From contig JBLMVJ010000035.1 in the NCBI GenBank assembly GCA_050255815.1, positions 10,727-74,726 on the forward strand: 64,000 nt of DNA, given 5' to 3'. The notes under the pieces are model-generated. The model did not search any database and had not been told where the DNA came from. It worked only from the letters and a program-made list of their open reading frames with translations. The DNA is from Candidatus Levyibacteriota bacterium. Lineage in GTDB: Bacteria; Patescibacteriota; Microgenomatia; Levybacterales; GWA1-39-11. The position numbers were made by a program, and so were the translations under genes. Below, one piece after another: positions 10,041 through 19,054 of this stretch. Every line of letters begins with the position of its first letter. Position 1 is the stretch's first letter.

Positions 10041-10048
10041 GAGAACTC

Positions 10049-10333
10049 ATGAACCTACTTCTGGGATACGGATCACTTGCATTCACCTCTTGGTGGATCG
10101 CAGGTACTATCGTCTTTCTTCTGATGCGCAAGCACCGGAAGACCGTCCTCTGGAGAGTGGTTTACGGACCGCTCGTGTTTATCCTCGCGGACTTTATACC
10201 TGCCCTGGCGCAAGCTATGGGTATGCGTATTTGGTACGCTGAAGGAAACGTCAACATCGCCTTCTGCCGGCATGACCCGTCAGAATTCAAGGCGATCTGC
10301 AGAGACTGCGGACAAGAGGTTCACAAATCCTAG
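10049..10333 (+). CDS. Small membrane protein (2 TM helices) with a C-terminal Cys cluster (C-x10-C-x2-C)
   Basis: 94 aa. AGGAGA RBS 6 nt upstream. High-GC codon usage. Confidence 0.5.
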   Translation: MNLLLGYGSLAFTSWWIAGTIVFLLMRKHRKTVLWRVVYGPLVFILADFIPALAQAMGMRIWYAEGNVNIAFCRHDPSEFKAICRDCGQEVHKS

Positions 10334-10344
10334 GAGGACAGCGA

Positions 10345-10557
10345 TTGAAGACTAGACCGCCGCCGAAGGCACTTTCCTTGGGAAGCCCCAAAAAGGCAAG
10401 CCCAAAAAGCAAGGTAGTATCCCGCAAACGCGTAAGCGTGTTCGGAACTTGCTTTCTAATGCAGAAATGCACGGGAAGAAATTCCTGGATCCTTACCGGC
10501 CCTAGTTCATCCGAATTCTGGCTTTGCAAGCCAACAGCTCATGGAGAGATGCCATGA
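10345..10557 (+). CDS. Small highly basic hypothetical protein (70 aa) with a TTG start
   Basis: AGGAGG RBS 7 nt upstream of the TTG. Lys/Arg/Pro-rich. Its stop overlaps the next start (ATGA). Confidence 0.4.
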   Translation: MKTRPPPKALSLGSPKKASPKSKVVSRKRVSVFGTCFLMQKCTGRNSWILTGPSSSEFWLCKPTAHGEMP

Positions 10558-11990
10558 ATTGGACTGCGCTACTAGCGTGGGTGATGGACCCAGTCCGCAC
10601 CCTTGACGAACTTCGGCAGGCGCACCTTGCCCTGATCGGCCATCCCAACATGGGGAACCGCGTTCAGGTGCGTGCGCGCGTGAGGAACTACATCAATCTG
10701 ATGATCGCCACCCAAGGTGGAGGAGCTCCTGCTCCTTGGCACCCTGGCATGGGCGCTCCTGTGGTTCCTCCAACGCCAACACCTGGCCCTGCGCCCGTTC
10801 CTGGTCCTGGCCCTGCGCCCGTTCCTGGTCCTGGCCCTGCGCCCATCGTCCCGCTCGTTCCGGTTGTCGGCTATCGCCCACGCATGTGGACGTACCGCCG
10901 AATGATACGGAGAGCGCTAAACGAGGGCAACACCGCCTGGATGGATACCGAACTCACGGCATGGGGAGACCCTCCGGGAGTCGGCACTCCAGCACAGCGT
11001 GCGTACCGGCTCGAGAACTTCTCGAGGTCACGGCACGGGTGGAACCGCATCGGGCATGATATCCCGGAGCTTGTTCCGCCTGGCGCACCGGCACCGGCAC
11101 CCCGCCGACAGGTGGACTACGGTCCCCTTGGGTGGATCGCAGGTGCTCTGCTGATCGCAGCCGGCGCAGCCGTACTGTTCTTCGCCTTGATTCTGCCTCT
11201 CTCCAAGTGGGGATGGGACCAGAGCTTCGGCGACGACACGGCAGTGCAGCAGCCCGGCAACCAGCCTGGTAACCAGCCCGGCGGCAACAACGGCAACGGT
11301 AGCGGCAACGCGAACCAGCCTGGCAACAACGGCAACGGTAGCGGCAACGCGAACCAGCCCGGCAACCAGCCCGGCAATAGCGGCGTCATCAAGAACTTGG
11401 CCGACGGCCAGTTCCCCTGGACACCGCCCACACCGGGTACCGACCTTGGGAACGACAAGCAGTTCACCAGCACCATCATCGAGCAGGCCAAGCAGGGAGA
11501 CTGGATTCACAGGCTCTTCAACCCTGGCTTGTTCAACGCAGCCAATAACTACGGCGGAGCCGATTCTTGGGCTATTAGCCTGAACGTCGGTCCGAACGCT
11601 GGTGGCAGCTGGAAGGGCGAGGGAGTCTCGGGACGCTTCGTCTACCGTGCTGTGCAGAATCAGGTGGGTTGGTGCCTTGGCATCCTCACCTCGAAGACGT
11701 GGAACAACATCGACCTGAAGAGTCAACTCCTCAGCGGTTCAGACCCCAGTTTGCCGATCGGATTCAACGTCCGCATCGAACCAGGGTCTACCGTGATGGT
11801 GAAGACGAACTCAGGCGAGATCAAGTCCGGCGTCACAAGCGACATGGGTGATATCCAAGTCGTTCTGCCAGACAGCGGGCTGACCACCATCTGCACTGCG
11901 TTCAGCACTGCAGCACCTACGGGTGAAAGCCAGCTTTGGGTGGGACCTCGGGACCGCTCCAAGGACATCAACACGATCGACGCGCGGTAA
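10553..11990 (+). CDS. Single-pass membrane protein with Pro-rich (PGPAPVPG x3) and NGNGSGNANQPGN tandem repeats and a C-terminal beta-rich extracytoplasmic domain. Function unknown.
   Basis: The track gives 10524..11990. I prefer the ATG at 10553, which has a GGAGAG RBS and an ATGA overlap with the upstream stop. TM helix WIAGALLIAAGAAVLFFALILPL. GC about 63%. Confidence 0.6.
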
Positions 11991-12410
11991 CGCACGGCGA
12001 TCCCAGACTCCTCGGAGTTGCCGATGGAGAGTACCTTAACGTCACGAGCACCGCCTAACCGCTGTGATGATCGTGGTCCGCCTGGAAAAGGAGGTTGACG
12101 ATAACCCTCTGGGTTGTCAGGATCCTGAGCGCAAGCTTGAGGATCTCCTCCACTACGGCGGACAGACTGGACAGTTTATGTGTTTCACGCTCCTTTGAGT
12201 TTTGCATTCAAAGAAAGTCGTGTCACGGCAAAAACTGGTTCCAGTCAGGGTGAGAGACTCATTTATTGAGAATTGATTGGATTTTTTCCATCAAGTCTCT
12301 TTTGAGACTTTCTCCCACCTACATGCCTTTGCGTCTCCCTCACCATTATGGTGAGGGACTGATGAGTATTCTTTCGGAGAAATCTGAGGGAAACGAAACG
12401 CAAAAAAAAC

Positions 12411-13211
12411 ATGAGCATATTAAAATCTGTCCTTTTCTTTATCTTATTTTTGGCTGTTGCAGCCGGGGCTTTCTATGGGGTAGCTGAGCCCCAAAACACC
12501 CTTATTTCTTCCGTAGGCCCTATGCAGCTGACTGCCGGAGGTGCAGGACTCAGCCTGTTCCAGGGAAGCACCGGGCAGTATTATGATTTCTCACCATTTA
12601 AAGATACGGTAACCTTCCAGAACACTACCACTAACGCGCTGGTTACTGCCCAGGATATCCAGTCAACCGGTTATAAAACTTCCCTAAAAGTACCGTTCAT
12701 ACAGAATCTATGGGAAACCTTTCTCTTTTACACAGGAGCAGACACCCCTTCCATGAGGTTTCTGACCGGCAAAAACATCACCTACTCCTCTACCATTAAA
12801 GCCAACAAATTAATAGTCACCAGGACTATTCAGGGGGAGAAAAATCCTATTACAAAAACTGATATGACCATTACCTTTCATGCTATGGATTTTGTGTTTG
12901 ACCGGACAGGAAATTTATATAATTATGTAGACCCTGGAACACAGTCATTCTTTGAGCAGACTTATAACAAAACCTTGACACCTCAGCTGAATGACACTTC
13001 TATCACTGTTATGGGAAATATTGTTTTTATTTATAACCCTAAAATTGCCGCCGTTATGGCTATCCAAACCGTAGGGAACCAGACTATTACGGTGGACCGG
13101 AATGAGAAAGTAATCAGGATTTCTGAAACACCAAAGGTAAAAAACAATATCTACCAGGATTCTCTGCAGGTAACCGTTTTAAACACGCCAAAGGAGGCTT
13201 TTAACCTATGA
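12411..13211 (+). CDS. Hypothetical exported or membrane-anchored protein
   Basis: 266 aa. N-terminal hydrophobic signal/anchor (MSILKSVLFFILFLAVAAGAFYG). Coupled by a 4-nt overlap to the downstream polytopic membrane protein. Confidence 0.6.
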   Translation: MSILKSVLFFILFLAVAAGAFYGVAEPQNTLISSVGPMQLTAGGAGLSLFQGSTGQYYDFSPFKDTVTFQNTTTNALVTAQDIQSTGYKTSLKVPFIQNLWETFLFYTGADTPSMRFLTGKNITYSSTIKANKLIVTRTIQGEKNPITKTDMTITFHAMDFVFDRTGNLYNYVDPGTQSFFEQTYNKTLTPQLNDTSITVMGNIVFIYNPKIAAVMAIQTVGNQTITVDRNEKVIRISETPKVKNNIYQDSLQVTVLNTPKEAFNL

Positions 13212-15049
13212 TAAACGCTATTTTAGCCGCTTTAGCCCTCTACTTGTTGCCTATTATCTTAGGCCGCCCATTGGTAAGGTTTTTCTATAAAAAAGAACTA
13301 GCCTATCCGTTTATTAGCTATTTTACGGCTGGATCTATGCTTTTATATGCCGGGATGCTTCTTTCCTATGCATTAAAACCTTACATCCCTCTGTTCTCAA
13401 GCTTTACTTTGCTGCAGGAAACTATCCTGGCGCTCTCATTTATCATGCTCCCGTTAAACCTGCTGGTAAAAAGGGATGATATTGACCTGGAACCGTTTAC
13501 ATTTCCTGCACTTCTTTCAGCAGGAATTGGCCTTATTTCCTATCTCATATGGCAATATAAATCCCCGTACTCATTTAACTGGGATATGTTTGAGCACCAA
13601 ACACTGGTAAACCAGATTTTGGGTGGACACCTGAGCGTTATTCCATCTCAGCTTACCGATACCTTTGGGTTTAACGGTTACTCTACCCTGTTCCATAGCC
13701 TGGTTGCAGCTTCCCAAACGTTTTTTAGCCCCCAAATACTGCAATACTGGACGGTTATCTCAGGTTTCCATTTAGTAATTGCTGCATTTGCATCATACCT
13801 GTTAACCCGTGAGATCACTGACAATAAACTTGCCGCATCTCTTGCTGCTCTGGTAACCGGTATGGTTTTTGATTCCAGCATTTCATTTACCACCATGTTT
13901 TTTATCCCGCAAACATTTACGGCAGTCCTGTTTGCTTTCCTGTTTACCCAGCTATTATCAGAGGCTAAATCCGGCCGTATTACCAGCCTGCCATTGGCAA
14001 TTTTCCAAGGCCTATTTCTGCTTATCAACCATTATATTGTAGGCCTGGCAGCGGCTGTTTTTTACCTGGGTTCTTATGTCTATATTAAGTTTTCAGCGCT
14101 ACTGGAACGTAGGTTTGGCGCGCGCCATATGGTAATGGCAGTCCTGTTTTTGGCTTTGTTAGGGATCATCTTCTCTCCCGCCCTGCCGTTAGGATTTATT
14201 AACAGCGGAGAGGCTCAGGACTATACCTTAACTATGGTAGATAAATTCAATATTATGAAACAGACATACGGTTACCTGATGCTGCTTTTATTACCGTTAG
14301 GGATCTGGTCAGCAGTAGGAAGTAAAAAACGCATACCACTCTTTTCCTTAATTATTACGGTACTGTTACTTTCTATTGTAATTGCACAACTTCCTTATAC
14401 GGTAAAATTCTTTACCCTGGCCCGCTTTTTTATTGATGCATTTATTGCCATAGGAATTTATTATGTTCTAAAGCCTATGAACACGTTTTTTAAAGGCTTA
14501 TCCTTGGGGGTCTTGGTGCTTGCACTAGGCGGACTTCTGGTAATAAATGCGGCTAACTGGAAAGGGATCTTGCGCTACCAGAACAGCTATACACAAATAT
14601 CCCCGTTTGAGCTGCAGGCAGCAAGCTTTTTGAAAAACGCTTATGGAGGATCTTCCGTCCTTATGGTTTCTGATCCGGCAACCCAGAACATGATGGAGCC
14701 TATTTCAGGCGTAAATTCCCAGGGAGGGGCTTATATGAGCACGTATTCCCGGGAAACTCTGGCTGAGGCAGGTACCACAGATAATCCAGTGCGGGCAGCC
14801 ACAGACCTCTACAAGATTCAGGATAAAATTATACCTGAAGATAAAAGGATTTTAGTCCTTTCAGGGCGCTACTTTGCCTGGCAGAGCGCTTCTATTGGCC
14901 TCAAGAAGGCATTTTCTTACAACGTTTGGAACCCTTCAGGACTTACTCTGGAAGATATAGGGAAAATTGACCACATGCTCTCTGATACAACCCATTTTAA
15001 GTTGGTTTACCAAAACCCTGAAGTGGCTATTCTAGAGGTAACAAAGTAG
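13208..15049 (+). CDS. Polytopic membrane protein, putative GT-C fold glycosyltransferase (PMT/ArnT/YfhO-like)
   Basis: 613 aa. At least 12 TM helices followed by a soluble C-terminal domain. In an operon with GT2 and GT4 genes. Confidence 0.45.
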   Translation: MINAILAALALYLLPIILGRPLVRFFYKKELAYPFISYFTAGSMLLYAGMLLSYALKPYIPLFSSFTLLQETILALSFIMLPLNLLVKRDDIDLEPFTFPALLSAGIGLISYLIWQYKSPYSFNWDMFEHQTLVNQILGGHLSVIPSQLTDTFGFNGYSTLFHSLVAASQTFFSPQILQYWTVISGFHLVIAAFASYLLTREITDNKLAASLAALVTGMVFDSSISFTTMFFIPQTFTAVLFAFLFTQLLSEAKSGRITSLPLAIFQGLFLLINHYIVGLAAAVFYLGSYVYIKFSALLERRFGARHMVMAVLFLALLGIIFSPALPLGFINSGEAQDYTLTMVDKFNIMKQTYGYLMLLLLPLGIWSAVGSKKRIPLFSLIITVLLLSIVIAQLPYTVKFFTLARFFIDAFIAIGIYYVLKPMNTFFKGLSLGVLVLALGGLLVINAANWKGILRYQNSYTQISPFELQAASFLKNAYGGSSVLMVSDPATQNMMEPISGVNSQGGAYMSTYSRETLAEAGTTDNPVRAATDLYKIQDKIIPEDKRILVLSGRYFAWQSASIGLKKAFSYNVWNPSGLTLEDIGKIDHMLSDTTHFKLVYQNPEVAILEVTK

Positions 15050-15194
15050 TTTTAATGAAAGCTGGGCAGTTTGACTTAGCCCTATAGTTTTTGATACAAT
15101 ACACATATGTTTCAGAGTGAACTGTTCCACTTAGATAGTGGAGCATCCCTTCGGGCAAGTTCTTCTGAACCAATTTTAGTTTAAAAATTAAAGT

Positions 15195-15956
15195 ATGTTT
15201 CAGAATAAAAAAGTTTCAGTCATTATTCCATGCAGAAATGAGGAGGCTGCGCTCTATTCCATGCTGCAAAATATCCCCTCTATAGTAGATGAAGTTATTG
15301 TGGTTGATAACGGATCTACTGATAATACGGCCTTTATTGCTACCACCTTAGGGGCAAAAGTCATCAAAGAAAAAAAACAAGTTGACGGTGTAGGTTATGG
15401 ATTTGCCCACCAGACCGGAATGAAACATGCAAAAGGTGATTTCATAGTTGCCCTAGATGGGGATAATACTTACCCTATAGAAAAGATCCCGGAAATCCTG
15501 GCTTATATGGAAAAAGCGCGGGTGGATTTTGTGTCCTGCGCTCGCTTCCCGCTTTCTAACACTGCTGCCATTTCCAAACTACGGCAGTTGGGTGTTAAAA
15601 TTTTAAATTTAGAGGCTTCCCTTTTGTTTGGGTACCATATGAAAGACGTGTTAAGCGGCATGTGGGTTATGAGAAAAGAATGTGTAAGAAAATTGAACGC
15701 AAAATCAGGAGAATGGAATTTCTCCCCTGAAATCAAACTTACCGCATTAATGCATCCTGAGATCAGGTTCTCTGAATACCATATTTCCCACTCTATCCGT
15801 TATAACGGCGTCTCAAAACAGCAGATCTGGAAAACAGGATTAAACCACATGTTTTATATTCTGGAGCTCCGGACAAAATACGCTAAGATGCACCTGCCCA
15901 GACTTAACGTACAGTTTAGCTTTTATAAAGCTGCCTGGGCAAAACTGACTGCCTAA
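15195..15956 (+). CDS. Glycosyltransferase family 2 (polyprenol-phosphate sugar transferase-like, DPM1/GtrB-like)
   Basis: VSVIIPCRNEEA...VVDNGSTDNT and a DxD-type region (ALDGDNTYP). Confidence 0.75.
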   Translation: MFQNKKVSVIIPCRNEEAALYSMLQNIPSIVDEVIVVDNGSTDNTAFIATTLGAKVIKEKKQVDGVGYGFAHQTGMKHAKGDFIVALDGDNTYPIEKIPEILAYMEKARVDFVSCARFPLSNTAAISKLRQLGVKILNLEASLLFGYHMKDVLSGMWVMRKECVRKLNAKSGEWNFSPEIKLTALMHPEIRFSEYHISHSIRYNGVSKQQIWKTGLNHMFYILELRTKYAKMHLPRLNVQFSFYKAAWAKLTA

Positions 15957-15961
15957 TATCC

Positions 15962-17170
15962 ATGAGAATTCTTTTAATCACCCCATATTTCTATCCCCAT
16001 AAAGGGGGAAGCCAGCAGTATGCGCTGGAGCTCTATAAAACCATCATGAAGCAGAATAAAGATATTCAAGTTGATGTCCTCACCTATAACACAGACCAGT
16101 CAAAAAGTGTGGAAGAATATGAAGGGTTTACCATCTACCGTGTGCCTTGTGTCCAACTCCTGAAGGGACAATTTGCTATTCCTCATTATTGGGAGCTGAG
16201 AAAAACACTGAATAAACTATTCAGGGAAAACCGCTATACGTTTGTGAATAGCCATACGCGGTTTTTTGAAAGTTCCTGGTGGGCGCCGTATGTTGCTTCA
16301 CATTTCCATACCAAATCTATCCTGACTGACCATTGCGCAGCACATCCCACCCATAAAACTAAACTGGTTACCGGCGTGTCATACGTAATAGATAAATTCA
16401 TAGCGCCCCTGTTTTTGCAAAAATATGACTATATTACCGTGACTAATAAAGCCACCCAGGATTTCTTAAGCTCACTTATTTCAAAAGAGTCAGAGGTTAT
16501 TTATGGCGGCGTAGATACAAAACTCTTTAAACCCAGGACAAACAGGAGCAAAGAAAGAAAAATTTTAGGGATCAAAAAAAGATTTTCAAAGAATGATGTG
16601 GTGGTAGCATTTGTAGGCCGCATGATCTATTCCAAGGGTCCGCAAATACTTTTGGAAGCAGCCAAAAAAATTACAAAAAAATACCCGCGGGCATACTTTA
16701 TTTTTGGAGGAAACGGTAGCCTGTACCCTGAGCTTTCTGCCTTCCAAAATGACCATATTTTCTTTACCGGAGAGCTCACAAAAGAAGAAATATCTGACCT
16801 GTTAGCCAAGTCCGATGTCCTGGTTCATCCTTCTTTACACCATGAAGGCTTTCCAAATGTTATTTTAGAAGCAGGAGCAGCAGGCTGTGCAGTTATTGCA
16901 ACAAATATGGGCGGAACGTATGAAATTATTACCCCCAGAACCGGGATCATGGTAAAACCAACAGTTTCAGCAGTAAGCTCAAAACTGGAGCTCCTAATAA
17001 AAAATGGCTTGCAAAGACGTAAATTGGGAAACAGCCTGCATAAATGGGTAGCTGATAATTACGACTGGAAAAGGATTGCGAAGGTATACCAAAAATCCAT
17101 GCAGGAAAAGATCCGGGAAAATACGTTACTGTTCCCAACCATGCGGATGCGCTCTATACCACGTCACTAA
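15962..17170 (+). CDS. Glycosyltransferase family 4 (GT-B fold, GT1 clan)
   Basis: C-terminal EGFPNVILEAGAAGCAVIATNMGG motif typical of GT4. Confidence 0.75.
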   Translation: MRILLITPYFYPHKGGSQQYALELYKTIMKQNKDIQVDVLTYNTDQSKSVEEYEGFTIYRVPCVQLLKGQFAIPHYWELRKTLNKLFRENRYTFVNSHTRFFESSWWAPYVASHFHTKSILTDHCAAHPTHKTKLVTGVSYVIDKFIAPLFLQKYDYITVTNKATQDFLSSLISKESEVIYGGVDTKLFKPRTNRSKERKILGIKKRFSKNDVVVAFVGRMIYSKGPQILLEAAKKITKKYPRAYFIFGGNGSLYPELSAFQNDHIFFTGELTKEEISDLLAKSDVLVHPSLHHEGFPNVILEAGAAGCAVIATNMGGTYEIITPRTGIMVKPTVSAVSSKLELLIKNGLQRRKLGNSLHKWVADNYDWKRIAKVYQKSMQEKIRENTLLFPTMRMRSIPRH

Positions 17171-18133
17171 CGAGTCAATACTCTGCTCCAGCGTATGTTC
17201 CGGGCTCCATTTTAAAAGCTCTTTTGCACGCGTTATATCTGCAACCATTTTGGCATATTCACCCTGGCGCGTTTGTGATTTTTCCAAAGGCAACTGAGCA
17301 CCTGTTTTTTGCTCTACAGCTTTTATAATTTCTAGAACCGAGTTTCCGGATTCTGTCCCTATGTTCATAATTTCACTATTGCCACCATTTAAAAGATACT
17401 CAAGAGCGAGAATATGGGCATTGTTTAGGTCTACTACGTTCACATAATCCCGGATAGGTGTCTTGTCCGGTGTGTCTACCTCAGGACAGGTCAGATAGAA
17501 CGGCTCTATCCCTAAAGCACCGCGTACGGCATTCTGCATGAGGTGTACAGAAGGTTTTTTGCTGTCACCTATCATTCCGTCATCTGTTGCCCCGCAGACG
17601 TTAAAATACCGCAAAATAACGTAATTTAGGCCCTTTAATTTTCCGTACCACTCAATCATTTTCTCTGTCATACGTTTTGACTCCCCATACGGATTACTGG
17701 GGTTGGTGGGATGTTTCTCATCTATGGGAACGTACTGGGCTTCCCCATACACGGCGCAGGTGGAGGAAAAAATAATGTTTTTAATGTTACGGGAAAGCAT
17801 GGCTGCCAGAAGGACCTGGGCGGACGTAGTGTTGTTCCCAAAATATTTCTCCGGGCTTTGCATAGATTCATTTACTGAGCAATTGGCTGCATAATGGATA
17901 ACTGCCTCTATGTCCGGATTTGAATCAAGCACGTGTTCTATGTCTTTTTTGATTTCACCTTCATAGATATTCAGGTTATCGCCAAATTTTTCTTGTAATG
18001 CCTGCATTGCACCATGGAATCCCGTGGAAAAGTTATCCAGGGCCACCACCTGGTAGCCTTTTTGGAGGAATAAGTAGGCGGCTACTGACCCTATATACCC
18101 TGCTGCACCGGTAATTAATATTTTCTTTGCCAT
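17126..18133 (-). CDS. galE: UDP-glucose 4-epimerase, NAD-dependent epimerase/dehydratase family
   Basis: N-terminal Rossmann ILITGAAGYIGS. YxxxK and overall GalE-like length. Convergent 45-nt overlap with the GT4 gene. Confidence 0.8.
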   Translation of the reverse strand: MAKKILITGAAGYIGSVAAYLFLQKGYQVVALDNFSTGFHGAMQALQEKFGDNLNIYEGEIKKDIEHVLDSNPDIEAVIHYAANCSVNESMQSPEKYFGNNTTSAQVLLAAMLSRNIKNIIFSSTCAVYGEAQYVPIDEKHPTNPSNPYGESKRMTEKMIEWYGKLKGLNYVILRYFNVCGATDDGMIGDSKKPSVHLMQNAVRGALGIEPFYLTCPEVDTPDKTPIRDYVNVVDLNNAHILALEYLLNGGNSEIMNIGTESGNSVLEIIKAVEQKTGAQLPLEKSQTRQGEYAKMVADITRAKELLKWSPEHTLEQSIDSLVTWYRAHPHGWEQ

Positions 18134-18167
18134 TTGGGGTTAATTGTAGCAAATTACCACAAAAAAA

Positions 18168-18348
18168 GCTTCCGGGTTTAACGGAGAGGGATGTTCTCCG
18201 TAAAGCCATAAAAAAACTCCTGACCCTTACGGAGAATAAGAATCCCTGCCCAAGACTCCTACTCTCCGTAACGATCAGGAGCAATGGGACATGCCCAAGA
18301 CTCCTGCTCCGATTTATCGGAGTGACTTTCTCCCTTTAAACCGGAAGC
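18168..18348. other. Structured non-coding region closed by a 13-14-bp long-range inverted repeat (GCTTCCGGGTTTAA / TTAAACCGGAAGC), with internal hairpins and a tandem TGCCCAAGACTCCT motif. Candidate cis-regulatory or ncRNA element next to galE.
   Basis: Read directly. Hairpins include CGGAGAGGGATGTTCTCCG and CTCCGATTTATCGGAG. There is no ORF. Confidence 0.35.
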
Positions 18349-18483
18349 TTCAAAAAGCCCAGTATATTGGGAAAAACGGAAATATATTTTCGTGAAAATA
18401 GTTGTAAAAACAATCTATTTTCATCAAAATAGCTTCATCAATTTTCCTTGACAGGAAAATATATTTTTGCTAATTTTATCTCA

Positions 18484-18598
18484 AAGTACTAGTCTCACCC
18501 TGCCTAGAGACTATGTACTTATAAATTTTCTAAAAGAGCATTGCTTTTCGTACTTAAGAATTTATACAACTAGTAGCGAAAGCGATGCTCTTTTTTTT
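18484..18598 (+). ncRNA. Candidate small RNA of about 115 nt, bounded by a sigma70-like promoter (TTGACA 18448-18453, 17-nt spacer, TAATTT 18471-18476) and a strong intrinsic terminator (about 14-bp imperfect stem plus T8 at 18591-18598)
   Basis: Nested inverted repeats TAGTCTC..GAGACTA and GAGCATTGCTTTTCG..CGAAAGCGATGCTC followed by TTTTTTTT. No ORF. Identity unknown; I saw no SRP, tmRNA or RNase P motifs. Confidence 0.3.
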
Positions 18599-19054
18599 GG
18601 TAAAGTACTGCTCTCAGAGCAAGACTACCGGAATATGTAACCCTTTTTTCAAAAGCTCCTTCAATTGCTCTTTTCCCACCTTGTCCACGGTTATCTGATA
18701 TAAATCCGTCTCAAAATTCTGCTTCTTTTTTTCTTTGGTAAACAATTTAAAGAGCTTCATAACAGATAAAGTATACCACTTCTTGTCAACTCTTTCAACC
18801 TATAGATAAACAGTCTACACCCTAGAGTTTTTAGGCATACAAAAAGGATTGTTAAATCAATGAAAAAAAATCACAGAAAAAAATGTGGATAACTTTAGGG
18901 AAAATATTTTACCTCTTGACAGAGAATGTTAACGGGTTAAAAGGTTAAGAAAATTAAAGGGTTTTAAAAAAAACGGAAAGAGTTTGGGGATAAGAAAAAT
19001 TTGAGCAAACATCCAACTCGTTAACACGTGAACACGTTAACCGGTTAATAGTTT

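Larger units (their letters stand above)
9800..12180. other. Compositionally foreign island with high GC and GC-rich codons, carrying a 4-gene operon. It is either horizontally acquired DNA or an assembly chimera.
   Basis: Abrupt GC shift by eye, from about 38-40% in the flanks to about 55-65% inside. Codon usage is dominated by G/C-ending codons. Spurious antisense ORFs appear, as is typical of GC-rich DNA. Confidence 0.6.

Noticed and set aside
10693-11995. Multiple overlapping ORFs within the high-GC island (10693..10881-, 10717..10905+, 10736..11059+, 11028..11726-, 11117..11491-, 11723..11995-)
   Set aside because: High GC suppresses stop codons in all frames. These overlap the long plus-strand gene, and their translations are low-complexity Pro/Ala/Arg strings.
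18621-18770. Possible 48-aa minus-strand ORF (MKLFKLFTKEKKKQNFETDLYQITVDKVGKEQLKELLKKGLHIPVVLL)
   Set aside because: Lys-rich, with no RBS and no recognisable motif. It occurs in an AT-rich region where short ORFs arise by chance.
18340-19050. Search for tmRNA, RNase P RNA, SRP RNA or 6S RNA in the ORF-free gap
   Set aside because: I found no tag-peptide reading frame with a tRNA-like 3' end, no RNase P P4 motifs, and no SRP domain IV AGGNCCGGAAGG-type motif. Only the generic structured candidate is reported.
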